Shown piece by piece: positions 9,871 through 19,404 of a DNA stretch of 58,170 nucleotides. This DNA comes from a virus (taxonomy: Duplodnaviria > Caudoviricetes). The position numbers were made by a program, and so were the translations under genes. The DNA is taken from positions 1 to 58,170 of the IMG/VR virus record IMGVR_UViG_3300010393_000011. One strand, given 5' to 3'. Under the pieces are notes generated by a model, which saw nothing but the letters and a program-made list of their open reading frames with translations, was not told the origin of the DNA and searched no databases. Within the stretch, counting starts at the first letter, position 1, and each line of letters opens with the position of its first letter.

Positions 9871-12737
9871 TATAGATTACTCCTTGCCCTGACCAAGCCC
9901 AGCGCCGCCCGGGCCATTATCTGTTTCTCGGTAGCCTGGAAGGCCGGTACGTCCGGGGTCTGAATATTGAAGATCTGTTGAATCACCGGCTGTTGTTCTT
10001 CTTTATGGTCTCCCGGTACGAGCCTTTCCCAGAATCTCGGATCTCTTAATTTATTAAGAGGTATGACCGCTTCCGGCACCTCGCCGATCATCGCCAGCTG
10101 AGGCTGGGTGACAATCCCGCCCATTTGAAATTCAGGTATGTTGGTTCCACCCCCAGCGGGAGCAGGGGTTACCGCGGCGGCCTCGGCTCCCCCTCCAGCG
10201 CCGAGCCAGCTGAAAATGCTCCCGCTGTTTTTGTAAATCATCTGCACAATGGTTTCCGAAAGCTGGCGCAAAAAGATATCGGTCAGGCGGCTGATGTAAT
10301 CATAGAAAGATTTGAATTGTCCTTTTAAGCCATCGAATAGGATATCCTCGAAGGTGCGCCGCATTCTCATGGCCAGCTTCTCGCCCCAAGACATGGTCTG
10401 CTGAGAGAGAACCTCCTGCATCTCCTTGATGGCCTTATCAATTTCTGCGATGCGTTTGTCGACTGTGTCGGCCACCACCTCGGCGGCGATTCCCAGAGAA
10501 AGCAGAGCCTGGCGTTCAATTTCAATCTGCTGCAACCTGGCATTTTTATATTTTTCGAAGTATTCTGTCAGCTGCCGCGCAGTGAGTCGTCCCGATTCAA
10601 TCATCTCCCGGTAAAGATCTATCTGAGTGGCAATTATTTCTCGGAGATTGTCAGAGGGCATACCTTCGGTCAGCAAGTCCTTAAAATCATTTTCAATAGA
10701 TGCAATCTGCCCGCTGACCCATGCTGCCACCGAGGATGCAGTCACACCGAGCATCATGAATTGCTCCGCCTCTGCCTCAATCTGCCGCAAGCGGGCCTCT
10801 TTATATGCCTCGAAATAATCCAGCAATTCATCGTTGGTCAGCTGGGTCGTGGATATTATATCTTCATAGACTGATATCTGTGTGGAGGCGGCGGCGGCCG
10901 CCTTGGTCAATCTGGCATAGCTGGCGGCCAGCTCGTCCACTGCTTTGGTCACACCAATGGTCTTGATCTCAACCTTCTTATAACGATCAATGACGTTCCC
11001 TCCCCCCGTGGGTTCCCCATAAATAAACTCCAGCACTTTCTGCTTGGCTTCCTCAATCTGTCGGGCGGCCTCGGCTGCCCAGCGCTCGTTTAGAATCTCG
11101 GTCGGCGATCTGAGATCGATGCCCTCGATCATGTCGTTCCAACTCTTCTGCCAGGCATCAATCATGGCCTGGCCGGTCGCCTGGCTTTCCTTCAAGACAT
11201 CGTAGAGCTCCTTGCCGATTCCCTTAAAATGCTTAAGGGCGCCTCTAAAGTCGAGGCGCACAAGAGCTGCCACCGACGCGCCGAATTTAAACAGCGCTTC
11301 GAAAACATTCTTGATAACATCATTGATCAGCCACCAGGCCATTCCTCCGATGGTCTTCATGACTGCGCCCGACACCGCCTTGATGACAGTCAGGATATTG
11401 CCGCCCCAGGTTTGAAGAGCAGTCATAAATAAGTTCCAGGGTTCGAAGTCGGGTGGTTCAAAGGCCTGCTGCATGGCCTCGGCATCGCTCTCCAGTGAAT
11501 CTCTGGCATCGGCTGAGACTGTCTTGAGATCATCCAGCATGTCATATAGCCCCCCCCACATGGCAGCGATAACAGATCCGACTGTATGTACGACCCTGAT
11601 GATGGTCTTGAAGACCTCGATTATATCCGAGGCGAAGGCGATAATCTTTTCTTTGTTTTCTCTGATCCATTCAGTTGTGGCTTCAACTGCCTTTTTGAGG
11701 TCCTCCCGGAAAGTCTCAAAGACATCGATGCTTAATGATTCGATAACTGACTTGAGCTCCTTAAAGGAACCACCCAGAGTGCTTCTCATCTTATCGGCCA
11801 GGGTGGCCGCTTCTCCGCCGGTATTTGCGAGGGTGTCCTGAAAGTCACGGGTGGTCGGAATCATGTCCTTTAAAATCAAGGCGGCCCGCCCGGCCCTTAT
11901 GCCGAACAGCTGCATGATATCGGCATTAGTTCGGCCCTCTGCCTGCATGGACTCGAGCACGTCCAGAAGATCGGAGGAGGTATAACCAAACTCGGCTGCA
12001 ATATCATTAGCCTTCTGGATTGCCATAGCCAGTTGCGTGCCGGCCATCGAGCCCTGGACGCCAGCGTTGCCGAGTTGGCCGATCATTCCGGCCAGCTCCT
12101 CAATGGAGTAGCCGAAGGCATTGGCAACCGGAGCTCCGTACTTGAAGGCTTCGGCCATCTGCTCCATATTCACGTTCGACCTGGTGATCGTGCCCACGAA
12201 GACATCATTGACGCGGCTCAGCTGCTCGACAGGGAGTTGCATGGCGGTCAGCGCATTGGAGGCGATATCGGCCGCCCGGCCAAGATCGAGTCCGCCCGCG
12301 GTGGCCAGATCGAGTGTTCCGGGTAAGGCTGCGATAGCTTGATCTGCCTGGAAACCGGCCATTCCCAGAAAGCGCAGGGCTTCCCCTGCCTGGGAGGCGG
12401 TCCACTCTGTGGTCTCGCCCATCCGCCTGGCTGCCTCTGTGAGCTGGTCCATCTCCTCTCTGGTGGCCCGCATTACACCAGCCACTGTGGTCATGGTTTG
12501 CTCAAACTCGGCCCCGGTAGTGATTATTTTTTTTAAGGCTCCAATGACGGCAATTCCGCCCCCGATGGTCGCGAGTAGACCTCCCAGCTTGGTTACCGAG
12601 GCGGCTACAGCACCAATGCCCCTGGTGCCCATTACTGAAAACCGGCCTAAAATACCCTGTGCGCGGGCCGCATCCGCTTTCAGGCCCGCGGTATCCATTC
12701 CGATGTGCGCTGTCAGCTTACCAATATTGGCCATCAT
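9870..12737 (-). CDS. Tape measure protein (TP901 family)
   Basis: 955 aa, Ala-rich helical; FEQTM..V, LGMAGF, G.QGSMAGT.L core; C-terminal GGIV..P..AMIGE.PEAVIPL. Confidence 0.92.
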   Translation of the reverse strand: MMANIGKLTAHIGMDTAGLKADAARAQGILGRFSVMGTRGIGAVAASVTKLGGLLATIGGGIAVIGALKKIITTGAEFEQTMTTVAGVMRATREEMDQLTEAARRMGETTEWTASQAGEALRFLGMAGFQADQAIAALPGTLDLATAGGLDLGRAADIASNALTAMQLPVEQLSRVNDVFVGTITRSNVNMEQMAEAFKYGAPVANAFGYSIEELAGMIGQLGNAGVQGSMAGTQLAMAIQKANDIAAEFGYTSSDLLDVLESMQAEGRTNADIMQLFGIRAGRAALILKDMIPTTRDFQDTLANTGGEAATLADKMRSTLGGSFKELKSVIESLSIDVFETFREDLKKAVEATTEWIRENKEKIIAFASDIIEVFKTIIRVVHTVGSVIAAMWGGLYDMLDDLKTVSADARDSLESDAEAMQQAFEPPDFEPWNLFMTALQTWGGNILTVIKAVSGAVMKTIGGMAWWLINDVIKNVFEALFKFGASVAALVRLDFRGALKHFKGIGKELYDVLKESQATGQAMIDAWQKSWNDMIEGIDLRSPTEILNERWAAEAARQIEEAKQKVLEFIYGEPTGGGNVIDRYKKVEIKTIGVTKAVDELAASYARLTKAAAAASTQISVYEDIISTTQLTNDELLDYFEAYKEARLRQIEAEAEQFMMLGVTASSVAAWVSGQIASIENDFKDLLTEGMPSDNLREIIATQIDLYREMIESGRLTARQLTEYFEKYKNARLQQIEIERQALLSLGIAAEVVADTVDKRIAEIDKAIKEMQEVLSQQTMSWGEKLAMRMRRTFEDILFDGLKGQFKSFYDYISRLTDIFLRQLSETIVQMIYKNSGSIFSWLGAGGGAEAAAVTPAPAGGGTNIPEFQMGGIVTQPQLAMIGEVPEAVIPLNKLRDPRFWERLVPGDHKEEQQPVIQQIFNIQTPDVPAFQATEKQIMARAALGLVRARSNL

Positions 12738-13093
12738 TCATCCTTCTTCTTTGCCAGGCCTTTCCGCTTGGCCCAGGCATATATGCTTTTCAGGATGGCC
12801 GCTTGCTCTGCGACCGTCTGCTTCGGTTTTTCATCTTGTTCTCGCGGCATAAAATCCTCCGGCTTATAGGCCCTGGAATTTTTCTTGCGGTGGATGTTTG
12901 CAATCAAAGCGGCCAGAATTCCGTTTCGCATATCTGCCGGATACTCTCCCCAGGGTTCGATGCTGTAATAGGCCATCCATTCCGAGAGCTGCCGGCTGTT
13001 CAGTTTTTCCAGCAGATGATCCGGATGCGCATAACCCAGGGCCAGGGCTAAGCGGAACTGGAATTTTCGCCCTGGCCGCTGTTTGAGTTTTTT
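12734..13093 (-). CDS. Tail assembly chaperone, T (-1 frameshift) portion
   Basis: The -1 frame is open from the slippery site: KLKQRPGRKFQFRLALALGYAHPDHLLEKLNSRQLSEWMAYYSIEPWG; includes ORF 12734..12976. Confidence 0.8.
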   Translation of the reverse strand, partial: KKLKQRPGRKFQFRLALALGYAHPDHLLEKLNSRQLSEWMAYYSIEPWGEYPADMRNGILAALIANIHRKKNSRAYKPEDFMPREQDEKPKQTVAEQAAILKSIYAWAKRKGLAKKKDE

Positions 13094-13434
13094 GCCAGAT
13101 CCTCGATGTCCTCTTTGGTTAGGCCGTTAATCCTCTGCGCGACTGCAAAGAGCCTGTCCAAGGCCCTGGCCGACTTCTTTCCCAGGAGTTCGGCGTCTTT
13201 ATACTGGAAGAGCTTTCTGCCCTCCTTGTCAACGACTGTCAGCGCAACCAGCTTGGCCCTCAGGTTCGCCATTTCGACCTTGCCTCCGCGGTAGACGTCG
13301 GCTTCGAAAATGTCACGTTCCTTGGCTGTCATGGTAGAGACATAAACCGCGCCGCCCCATTCCGGCACTTCCACGAATTCGGACTTCGAATCATCTGCTT
13401 TTAGAATTTCATCTTTGGTTAAGATTTTAGACAC
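13048..13434 (-). CDS. Tail assembly chaperone G
   Basis: VEVPEWGG.V motif; between tail tube and tape measure; ends shortly after ...LAKN. Confidence 0.85.
   Translation of the reverse strand: MSKILTKDEILKADDSKSEFVEVPEWGGAVYVSTMTAKERDIFEADVYRGGKVEMANLRAKLVALTVVDKEGRKLFQYKDAELLGKKSARALDRLFAVAQRINGLTKEDIEDLAKNSNSGQGENSSSA
13087..13093 (-). other. Programmed -1 ribosomal frameshift heptamer A AAA AAC
   Basis: GCA AAA AAC in the G frame; -1 frame runs into the T ORF. Confidence 0.85.
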
Positions 13435-13449
13435 AATTCCTCCTATTGG

Positions 13450-13884
13450 TTAGGATGTAAGGCTGACAGCTCCCGTCAGCTTGATAGTCACGTTGAGCTT
13501 GATGGCATCCGCCGGGTCGATGTCCAAGGGCAGATCCATGACGAACCCGGCAAAATCCAGAACCGATGCTTCCGTGTTGGGCAGCACGATCTGATAGTTG
13601 ACCGAATCATCTGACAGGAAATCGGTCAGCATCTCGGAATACCCGTCGAGGGTGAAGTTCATCTCCAAGGTCAGCTCTCCACCGTCCCTGAATCCGGCGA
13701 TGAACTCGCGCCACCCCCCCGTAGAATCGAGCGAGGTGACATCGATCAACTCTCTGGTCTGCCCGGGTCCGCCGATACGCGTGATCTCAGCTATGGCCGT
13801 GAAGGTCTCGGAGCTCGCTCCGTCTCCACGTTTGAACTGAGTTCCCACACCTGCTACAGCGTTACTCATAGTAACCTCCTTCAT
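13450..13884 (-). CDS. Major tail tube protein
   Basis: IDVTSLDSTGGWREFIAGFRDGGELT; likely start at MSNAVAG (13869, GGAGG upstream). Confidence 0.85.
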   Translation of the reverse strand: MKEVTMSNAVAGVGTQFKRGDGASSETFTAIAEITRIGGPGQTRELIDVTSLDSTGGWREFIAGFRDGGELTLEMNFTLDGYSEMLTDFLSDDSVNYQIVLPNTEASVLDFAGFVMDLPLDIDPADAIKLNVTIKLTGAVSLTS

Positions 13885-14276
13885 GCATTTGTTCTATGCA
13901 TCCTGAAATTGACCGTCAAAAGTGGTCTGTGATTGTCATCATATCCGAGGAACAGGATGTCTCCCTGTGCCCAGATTGCTATGTATCGAGTCGAATTGAT
14001 TGTGTAATTCGCCACGACATGCAGACTGTCCTGGATGTCCTTGGCCAGCGCATATGCATCCCGGTATTTTCCTTTGGCGCCGCGGATTCTGACCTGAATG
14101 GTGGGCCGCTTGTAAACGAAATTCTCTTCCGGATCCGAGCCTCCGGTGTCATAGATGGCCACACATTCATCCGGACTGGCCGGCATCTCCGAAACAAACA
14201 GGTTCGTCCTGAATACCAGTCCCAGACTGGAATCAGCACCCAGAATGTCTTTTATGTCATGGCTTGGTGCGTTCAT
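13881..14276 (-). CDS. Tail terminator / minor capsid-3-like protein
   Basis: YDTGG..P, PTIQVRIRG, LGYDDNHRP...NF; position before the tail tube. Confidence 0.7.
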   Translation of the reverse strand: MNAPSHDIKDILGADSSLGLVFRTNLFVSEMPASPDECVAIYDTGGSDPEENFVYKRPTIQVRIRGAKGKYRDAYALAKDIQDSLHVVANYTINSTRYIAIWAQGDILFLGYDDNHRPLLTVNFRMHRTNA

Positions 14277-14287
14277 ATGCTCACCTC

Positions 14288-14332
14288 AAAACAAAAAGGC
14301 CGGATCCGGGAGTATGCCCGGCATCCGGCCTT
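14288..14332 (-). terminator. Strong intrinsic terminator abutting the RBS of the first tail gene
   Basis: AAGGCCGGAT/ATCCGGCCTT plus inner CCGGG/CCCGG stem, then TTTTTGTTTT, then GAGGTGA. Confidence 0.7.
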
Positions 14333-14379
14333 CTGTTCTCCAGAACTTCCGACCTTTGGACTTCAAACAACTATAATTC

Positions 14380-14541
14380 TTATGCCAATTTGATCGGTAC
14401 CGATATCTCCTTTTTGCATTTATCGCATTTGGTCAGCGCTATACCGTTTATTATTCTGACCTTGCGCACTCTAATTATGGTCACACTATTGGAGGCGGTC
14501 TCGATTATCTTTCTGCCGCAATGCTCGCAACGATAAAGCAT
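14380..14541 (-). CDS. 53-aa zinc-ribbon protein, Mu Com-like (not in ORF track)
   Basis: Translated by hand: MLYRCEHCGRKIIE...TKCDKCKKEISVPIKLA, two CxxC pairs; starts just after the upstream stop. Confidence 0.75.
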   Translation of the reverse strand: MLYRCEHCGRKIIETASNSVTIIRVRKVRIINGIALTKCDKCKKEISVPIKLA

Positions 14542-14542
14542 A

Positions 14543-14908
14543 TCAGACCTTGACCTTGCTTCTTATGGCTTCCAGCACCTCGCCCTGTTTATCCTTCAAT
14601 GCGGTTTCCAGGAACTTCCATTGGCCAATATTGTGGAAGCGGTCTATCTCATGAACAAAAGGCGCATAGGAAGCTGTATATCCGATCTCGGCGCCCGGGC
14701 CTTTCGGCAGATCGATCATCGTATGGTATGCCGAGGCCCTGAGGTTGCCGGTCTTGACCGGAGTCAGCTCCATGGATCTCCGCTGAACAATCAGGGCTGC
14801 CTTTTGCATCCCTGCCCGGGTGCGTCCCCTGATGCCCGATATCTCCCGGTTTAGATTTGCCAGGACCCTGTTAAGGCCCGTGAATGTTACCCGGCTTTTT
14901 ACAGCCAT
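14543..14908 (-). CDS. HK97 gp10-like neck/tail completion protein
   Basis: PVKTGNLRAS, YA.FVHE, QWKFLE motifs. Confidence 0.75.
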   Translation of the reverse strand: MAVKSRVTFTGLNRVLANLNREISGIRGRTRAGMQKAALIVQRRSMELTPVKTGNLRASAYHTMIDLPKGPGAEIGYTASYAPFVHEIDRFHNIGQWKFLETALKDKQGEVLEAIRSKVKV

Positions 14909-15258
14909 ACCTTCCTCACATATATGTCTGTCTTCAAATTAGGGACCGACTCCTTCGAGCGAATCTCAAAAGCTGAATCACACACCAGAGGATCGGCCCG
15001 TTCTTCTGCCGTCAAATCGGATAGCTCGCCCAGGAAGAGGTAACCGCCCATATCCAAATCCTGGCCCACATAGACAACCGCCTGCGATCTGACCTCCCTC
15101 CCCTGAGAATCGACAAATATATCCTGGCGCTCCTCCCATCTGCAATCGATCTCGGCTGCTACATCATAGGATCTTCCGCCGAATCCATCAGGTTGCGGAT
15201 TGGCCCAATAAACGGCCGTCTGCTTAAGCAGACTGGTTATCAATTTGGATCTGCTCAT
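14899..15258 (-). CDS. Head closure protein
   Basis: QTAVYW..DGFG, CRWEE, G.EV.S.A.VY; neck position. Confidence 0.65.
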   Translation of the reverse strand: MSRSKLITSLLKQTAVYWANPQPDGFGGRSYDVAAEIDCRWEERQDIFVDSQGREVRSQAVVYVGQDLDMGGYLFLGELSDLTAEERADPLVCDSAFEIRSKESVPNLKTDIYVRKVWL

Positions 15259-15617
15259 GTTATGGTCTTCGCCTCCGCCGGGCCCTTGCTTTGACCAAGC
15301 TCTGCCAGGATGCCCTTATACTCGAGCACCTTAACCTGCTGGCCATAGCGCGTAAAATCCAGTCCCATACCGGTCTTGCCCTCATAGGTTGCATCCGCAT
15401 CTCCGAGCTTCTCCCTTGAGGTCTGAGGATCCAGCATGGCCGCAAGGTGAGCGGCAAGCCAGCGTTCGATCTCTGCCAGAAGGTCTGTTCTATATTCGCC
15501 GGTCAGTTTATCGGTCACCACCAGGTTGGCAGCCTGCAGAAATGGAGTGATCTGTGCCTGGGTCAAAGCCGTATCCATGATCTCCAGGACCTCATTTTCT
15601 TGAATTCTAAATGCCAT
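15255..15617 (-). CDS. Head-tail adaptor protein
   Basis: IERWLAAH, GL..TRYGQQV..L. Confidence 0.7.
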   Translation of the reverse strand: MAFRIQENEVLEIMDTALTQAQITPFLQAANLVVTDKLTGEYRTDLLAEIERWLAAHLAAMLDPQTSREKLGDADATYEGKTGMGLDFTRYGQQVKVLEYKGILAELGQSKGPAEAKTIT

Positions 15618-15631
15618 AATGGCCTCCGCTG

Positions 15632-16297
15632 TTATTTCTTGACCTCAAATACGCCCCCCTTCCACAGTACCGGCGCCAGAAAGTCCTCCACGTCGGCAAT
15701 ATCCCATCTCAGTCCCAGCGCCAGAATAAGATCTTTTAGTTCCGACAGATCACCGGTCATCAGCTTATGCGGCCAGATCGTCCATGTGCTCGCGTTCGCA
15801 CTTACGATCTCCGGGAAACGTCTTTTGTGCCAGTCGACCCATTCCTGCCAGCCATATTTATTCTTATACCCGTTCATATATCCGGTCCTTATGCAAGCCG
15901 AGACGATATCCTGATCCTCACGTCGTACTATGATCCAGCGCGCGCGAGGAAATGCCTGAGTCCAGATCGGCCAGATAAGGCAGCTGAGCGGGCTGGCATA
16001 ATATATCTGGCCCTCTTTACCCGCTACGGTTCGCTCTATATTTCTTCTCCAGGGCAGGGCGACAATTTTAGATACTTTCAGACATTGGCTGATTGAAGGC
16101 AATGGATTCTGCCCGCTACAATCCGCCCGCAGGCCCCTCAATATGGGTTTGACCATGGTTTCCCTGATTTCATCGCGGTCGGAGACGGCATTATGCGCTC
16201 CGCAGAGCTGCAGGACATCCCCGATCAGGGAGATTCCGGAGCGTGCCGCCCCGGTTATGAGAATCAGTTCATGCATTTTTCCGTTTATCTTTCTCAA
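15632..16297 (-). CDS. Sulfotransferase-like protein
   Basis: ILITGAARSGIS resembles the PAPS-binding loop; FP.ARWIIVRR...IV.AC; start may be 16276. Confidence 0.6.
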   Translation of the reverse strand: MRKINGKMHELILITGAARSGISLIGDVLQLCGAHNAVSDRDEIRETMVKPILRGLRADCSGQNPLPSISQCLKVSKIVALPWRRNIERTVAGKEGQIYYASPLSCLIWPIWTQAFPRARWIIVRREDQDIVSACIRTGYMNGYKNKYGWQEWVDWHKRRFPEIVSANASTWTIWPHKLMTGDLSELKDLILALGLRWDIADVEDFLAPVLWKGGVFEVKK

Positions 16298-16991
16298 ACA
16301 GGCCCCGGTTTCGCCTCAATTTCTGCATATACACATTCCGCGGAATGACTTCTGTCAATTTCTCATGCTTCTGGTGATACACCAACAGCTCATCCGATAC
16401 CAGGATCTTGAGACCGGCTTTGGTTACCCTATCCAGGAAGGAATTGTCGTCGTACCCGATTCCTTCCGCGTAGCGCTCATCAAAGCCGCCGATCTTCCTG
16501 TAGTTCTCACGGCTCAACGCTGTACAGAAGTGATAGCGCACATCGCGATGTTTGGTGTGCTGATACCACATGTGCACCTGCGGTTTCAGATCGTCGAAGG
16601 TCTTCAGCCGAACAGCTGTATCGGCCAGGCTCAAACAGGCGCATACCACATAATCTGCCCGACTCAACAATTTGTCCATTCCGCCCAGTATATCCGACTT
16701 GTGGAAGCATTCCGGGTTGGTGATCACCAGATATTTACCCCGGGCCCTGGCGGCTCCGGCATTAAAGAGCCGTGAGGGATTATATTCCCCCTGAGCTCCT
16801 GCCTTGATAGCCAAAATATTCATTTCCGGGAATTCTGAAATGGTACCCTGCAGGTCGTCCTCGCTCTTAATATCTTCAATCAGTATTACCTCATAGTCAT
16901 TTCGGTCTTCATAGTGGTAATCAAACGATAGCAGCGTATTGTAGAGTTGAATTGCTCGATTGTGATAGGGCATTATGATGCTGTATTTCAT
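16269..16991 (-). CDS. GT2-family glycosyltransferase
   Basis: Start reassigned (ATGA overlap); YSIIMPYHNR, EVILIED, FN.GA..ARG, IGGFDERY..G.GYDD. Confidence 0.88.
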   Translation of the reverse strand: MKYSIIMPYHNRAIQLYNTLLSFDYHYEDRNDYEVILIEDIKSEDDLQGTISEFPEMNILAIKAGAQGEYNPSRLFNAGAARARGKYLVITNPECFHKSDILGGMDKLLSRADYVVCACLSLADTAVRLKTFDDLKPQVHMWYQHTKHRDVRYHFCTALSRENYRKIGGFDERYAEGIGYDDNSFLDRVTKAGLKILVSDELLVYHQKHEKLTEVIPRNVYMQKLRRNRGLFEKDKRKNA

Positions 16992-17833
16992 GAAATCCTC
17001 CTGAGCACATCGATCATTAAATCGGTGATATTGGACCTTATCTCTTTTATATTTTTCTCTGTTATCATGTCCTGCCAGTGACCGAAAGCAGGACAGCCAC
17101 CAAACCAATGCACTCCGATCGTATGCGGCAGGATGAGAATGTCATTTTGGCCATAGAGCAGACCGGCCCTTCCCGGAGGGACCGGATAGACCGAATGAAA
17201 GGGAATATTTGATATCACGCAGTCCTCAACTTCACGCTTTCCCGGCCAATAGAATCTATCCAGCACCCTGCGGCCGGCGCTCTGATAATCCGCGGGATCG
17301 AAATGAGAGAGTGCCAGTTTGAAGACATCGGAAAAGAAGCTCCAGCCGTCTTCAATTGCTGAGAAGAGAAAGCCGATGCTGTGGTAGCGCTCGCGCCGAG
17401 GGGTGGTATGGCAGCAGACCCCCACATCGGCACCTGGACGGACATACAGGGCCGTCATCGGCCGAATATATAGGATATCGAAGTCTGACCATATCCCGCC
17501 TTCTTTGCCGAGAATATACCAGCGCAGGAAATCTGACTTGAATACTTCCGCGATTTTATCATCGACACCGATCTCAGTGAAATTGAATTGCCTGATTGAA
17601 ATCCGGGGCAGCTGTACCAGGTCCGGGAAATAGTCCCTTATTTCACGTGACCTCGAGAACTTATGCTCTTTGGTTGTCCAGGTGATTGCAGATGATGATT
17701 TTTCCGGATAATGTACGATCACATCATAATCCGGGTTAAAATGGACAAACGACCGCACCGTCAGGTAGCGCATGAAAGTCAAGGGCACATTCTTTCCCCA
17801 GTAGAGGTGCAATATTTTTGGAATCTTATGCAT
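16988..17833 (-). CDS. GT32-like DXD glycosyltransferase
   Basis: IPKILHLYW, KSDFLRWYIL..EGGIWSDFD. Confidence 0.85.
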   Translation of the reverse strand: MHKIPKILHLYWGKNVPLTFMRYLTVRSFVHFNPDYDVIVHYPEKSSSAITWTTKEHKFSRSREIRDYFPDLVQLPRISIRQFNFTEIGVDDKIAEVFKSDFLRWYILGKEGGIWSDFDILYIRPMTALYVRPGADVGVCCHTTPRRERYHSIGFLFSAIEDGWSFFSDVFKLALSHFDPADYQSAGRRVLDRFYWPGKREVEDCVISNIPFHSVYPVPPGRAGLLYGQNDILILPHTIGVHWFGGCPAFGHWQDMITEKNIKEIRSNITDLMIDVLRRIS

Positions 17834-19404
17834 TATCTTGTTCCGATCTGTTTTATGTCCCTAACTCTGGCGACCTGGGCGCCATTCCACAGATTGTCAT
17901 CAGTTGCTTTGCCCTTCTCGAAACTTCGCGTCTTGCTCTTCGAGATAACCCGGCCGCCGGCCAGATCAACCAGGCGCTCGAAATGCTCGGGTGTCCTTTG
18001 CACAGTGCCCATTCTCTGTCTCTCCAGTGTTTCGTCGTATTCCCGATTGCCATTGGGCGGGGAGGCGTATTGAATGGCCAGGGGAGCGTTATCCTTCAGG
18101 CTTCGCAACACATTCTGCATGAGCACGATTAGATCAATATCGCTGGCATGCTGAGCCACCAGGTTACATATGGCCAGGTCATACTGCCTGCTCGGTAGCT
18201 GGCGGGGGTCCGTGAAGCCTCTATCTATGTAATCCAGACAATTCTCAATGGCATTCCGGGATATATCCAGGCCGTCGACTATTATGTCCCGAGCATTCAG
18301 CTCCTTCGAGCACCGCCCGGTACCCAGGCCTATATTGAGAATCCGCATTCCCGGCCTCAGGAAATCTGCAAAGCCCAGGAAATTCGCCACATTGCTAATG
18401 CTGCTGCCGGTCAAAAACCTGATCTCATGCTTCTGGTGGTTATTCTCCCAGAATGACTTTATGCCATCCCTATAGGCCGCCTGCCAGCTGCTGTCAATAT
18501 GATCACCCCGCCGCCATCCTGCGGCCTTCACTTGATAATAATTCCACCAGAAATCGCATCTCAGACAAAGGCTCGAGGGCCTTCTCCAGAGCTTTTTGAA
18601 ATTGGCCTCGATCGTCTCCCAGTCATCTTTGAGGATATTGGCGAAATTGGTCTCGCCCCGGATCACGTCGTAGGCGCAGAAGCAGCAATCCCCGTTCGGT
18701 TTTATCTGCATGGCGCCCTTGTAGCCGTCGCAAGTCCAGGAGTGATACATAATCGAGCGGTCAATTACTCCGGTGATGATTTTGCCGCCCCATTTGATCT
18801 CGGCATCCTTGGCCCATTCCACGCGATAGCCGGCAAAAGCTTTCCTGACCGAGGCTTCATCAGCGCCGGTCACCTCATTGCAACCGATCTCAACCTTAAA
18901 TCCAGGCTTATTTTTATCACGATATCGTATGAATTCGATGGCATTTTTATAGCAGCGCTCCCACTTCAATCCGGTCAACCGTTCAAACTCGCTGCCCACA
19001 TTGGGGAAGGAGAGTGTAATATTCGAGCATGCCTGAAATATTTTATCGAAGACCTCCGGCCGCAGCAGGCTCGCATTCGTGTTAAGTCCGAGATAATTCG
19101 TCATGACTCCAATCTGACGCCCATACTCGATCTTGTTAAACAGATCCCGATCGGCCAGGGGCTCACCGAAGCAGAACATGGCCCCGATCTTCAGGCCGCG
19201 CTCCTTGACCTTATGGGCAATTTCAACAAAGTCTGCCGGCCGCAAGAATTTTATCGGGCGCTCCATGCGCTCATACAGACAGAACTTGCAACGGGCATTG
19301 CAAAAGTTGGTCGTCTCCACATAGACAAGACTGGGATAAGGACGGCCGTCCCAATGGTGCCTCATCATCTCCGTGCTTTCTTTTAGAATCGGGATCTTAG
19401 CCAT
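17833..19404 (-). CDS. Radical SAM/SPASM enzyme fused to a class I SAM methyltransferase
   Basis: CNARCKFC, FGEPL, Cys-rich SPASM-like region, then RILNIGLGTG..GLDIS. Confidence 0.85.
   Translation of the reverse strand: MAKIPILKESTEMMRHHWDGRPYPSLVYVETTNFCNARCKFCLYERMERPIKFLRPADFVEIAHKVKERGLKIGAMFCFGEPLADRDLFNKIEYGRQIGVMTNYLGLNTNASLLRPEVFDKIFQACSNITLSFPNVGSEFERLTGLKWERCYKNAIEFIRYRDKNKPGFKVEIGCNEVTGADEASVRKAFAGYRVEWAKDAEIKWGGKIITGVIDRSIMYHSWTCDGYKGAMQIKPNGDCCFCAYDVIRGETNFANILKDDWETIEANFKKLWRRPSSLCLRCDFWWNYYQVKAAGWRRGDHIDSSWQAAYRDGIKSFWENNHQKHEIRFLTGSSISNVANFLGFADFLRPGMRILNIGLGTGRCSKELNARDIIVDGLDISRNAIENCLDYIDRGFTDPRQLPSRQYDLAICNLVAQHASDIDLIVLMQNVLRSLKDNAPLAIQYASPPNGNREYDETLERQRMGTVQRTPEHFERLVDLAGGRVISKSKTRSFEKGKATDDNLWNGAQVARVRDIKQIGTR

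Noticed and set aside
11437-11447. TTC plus 8-nt match (GAACCCTG) to the sequence after SRU1, inside the tape measure gene
   Set aside because: The match stops at 8 nt, lies mid-gene and was found post hoc; compatible with chance
18499-19386. Long antisense ORFs such as this 295-aa one
   Set aside because: Shadow frames of well-supported genes on the other strand, with no motifs
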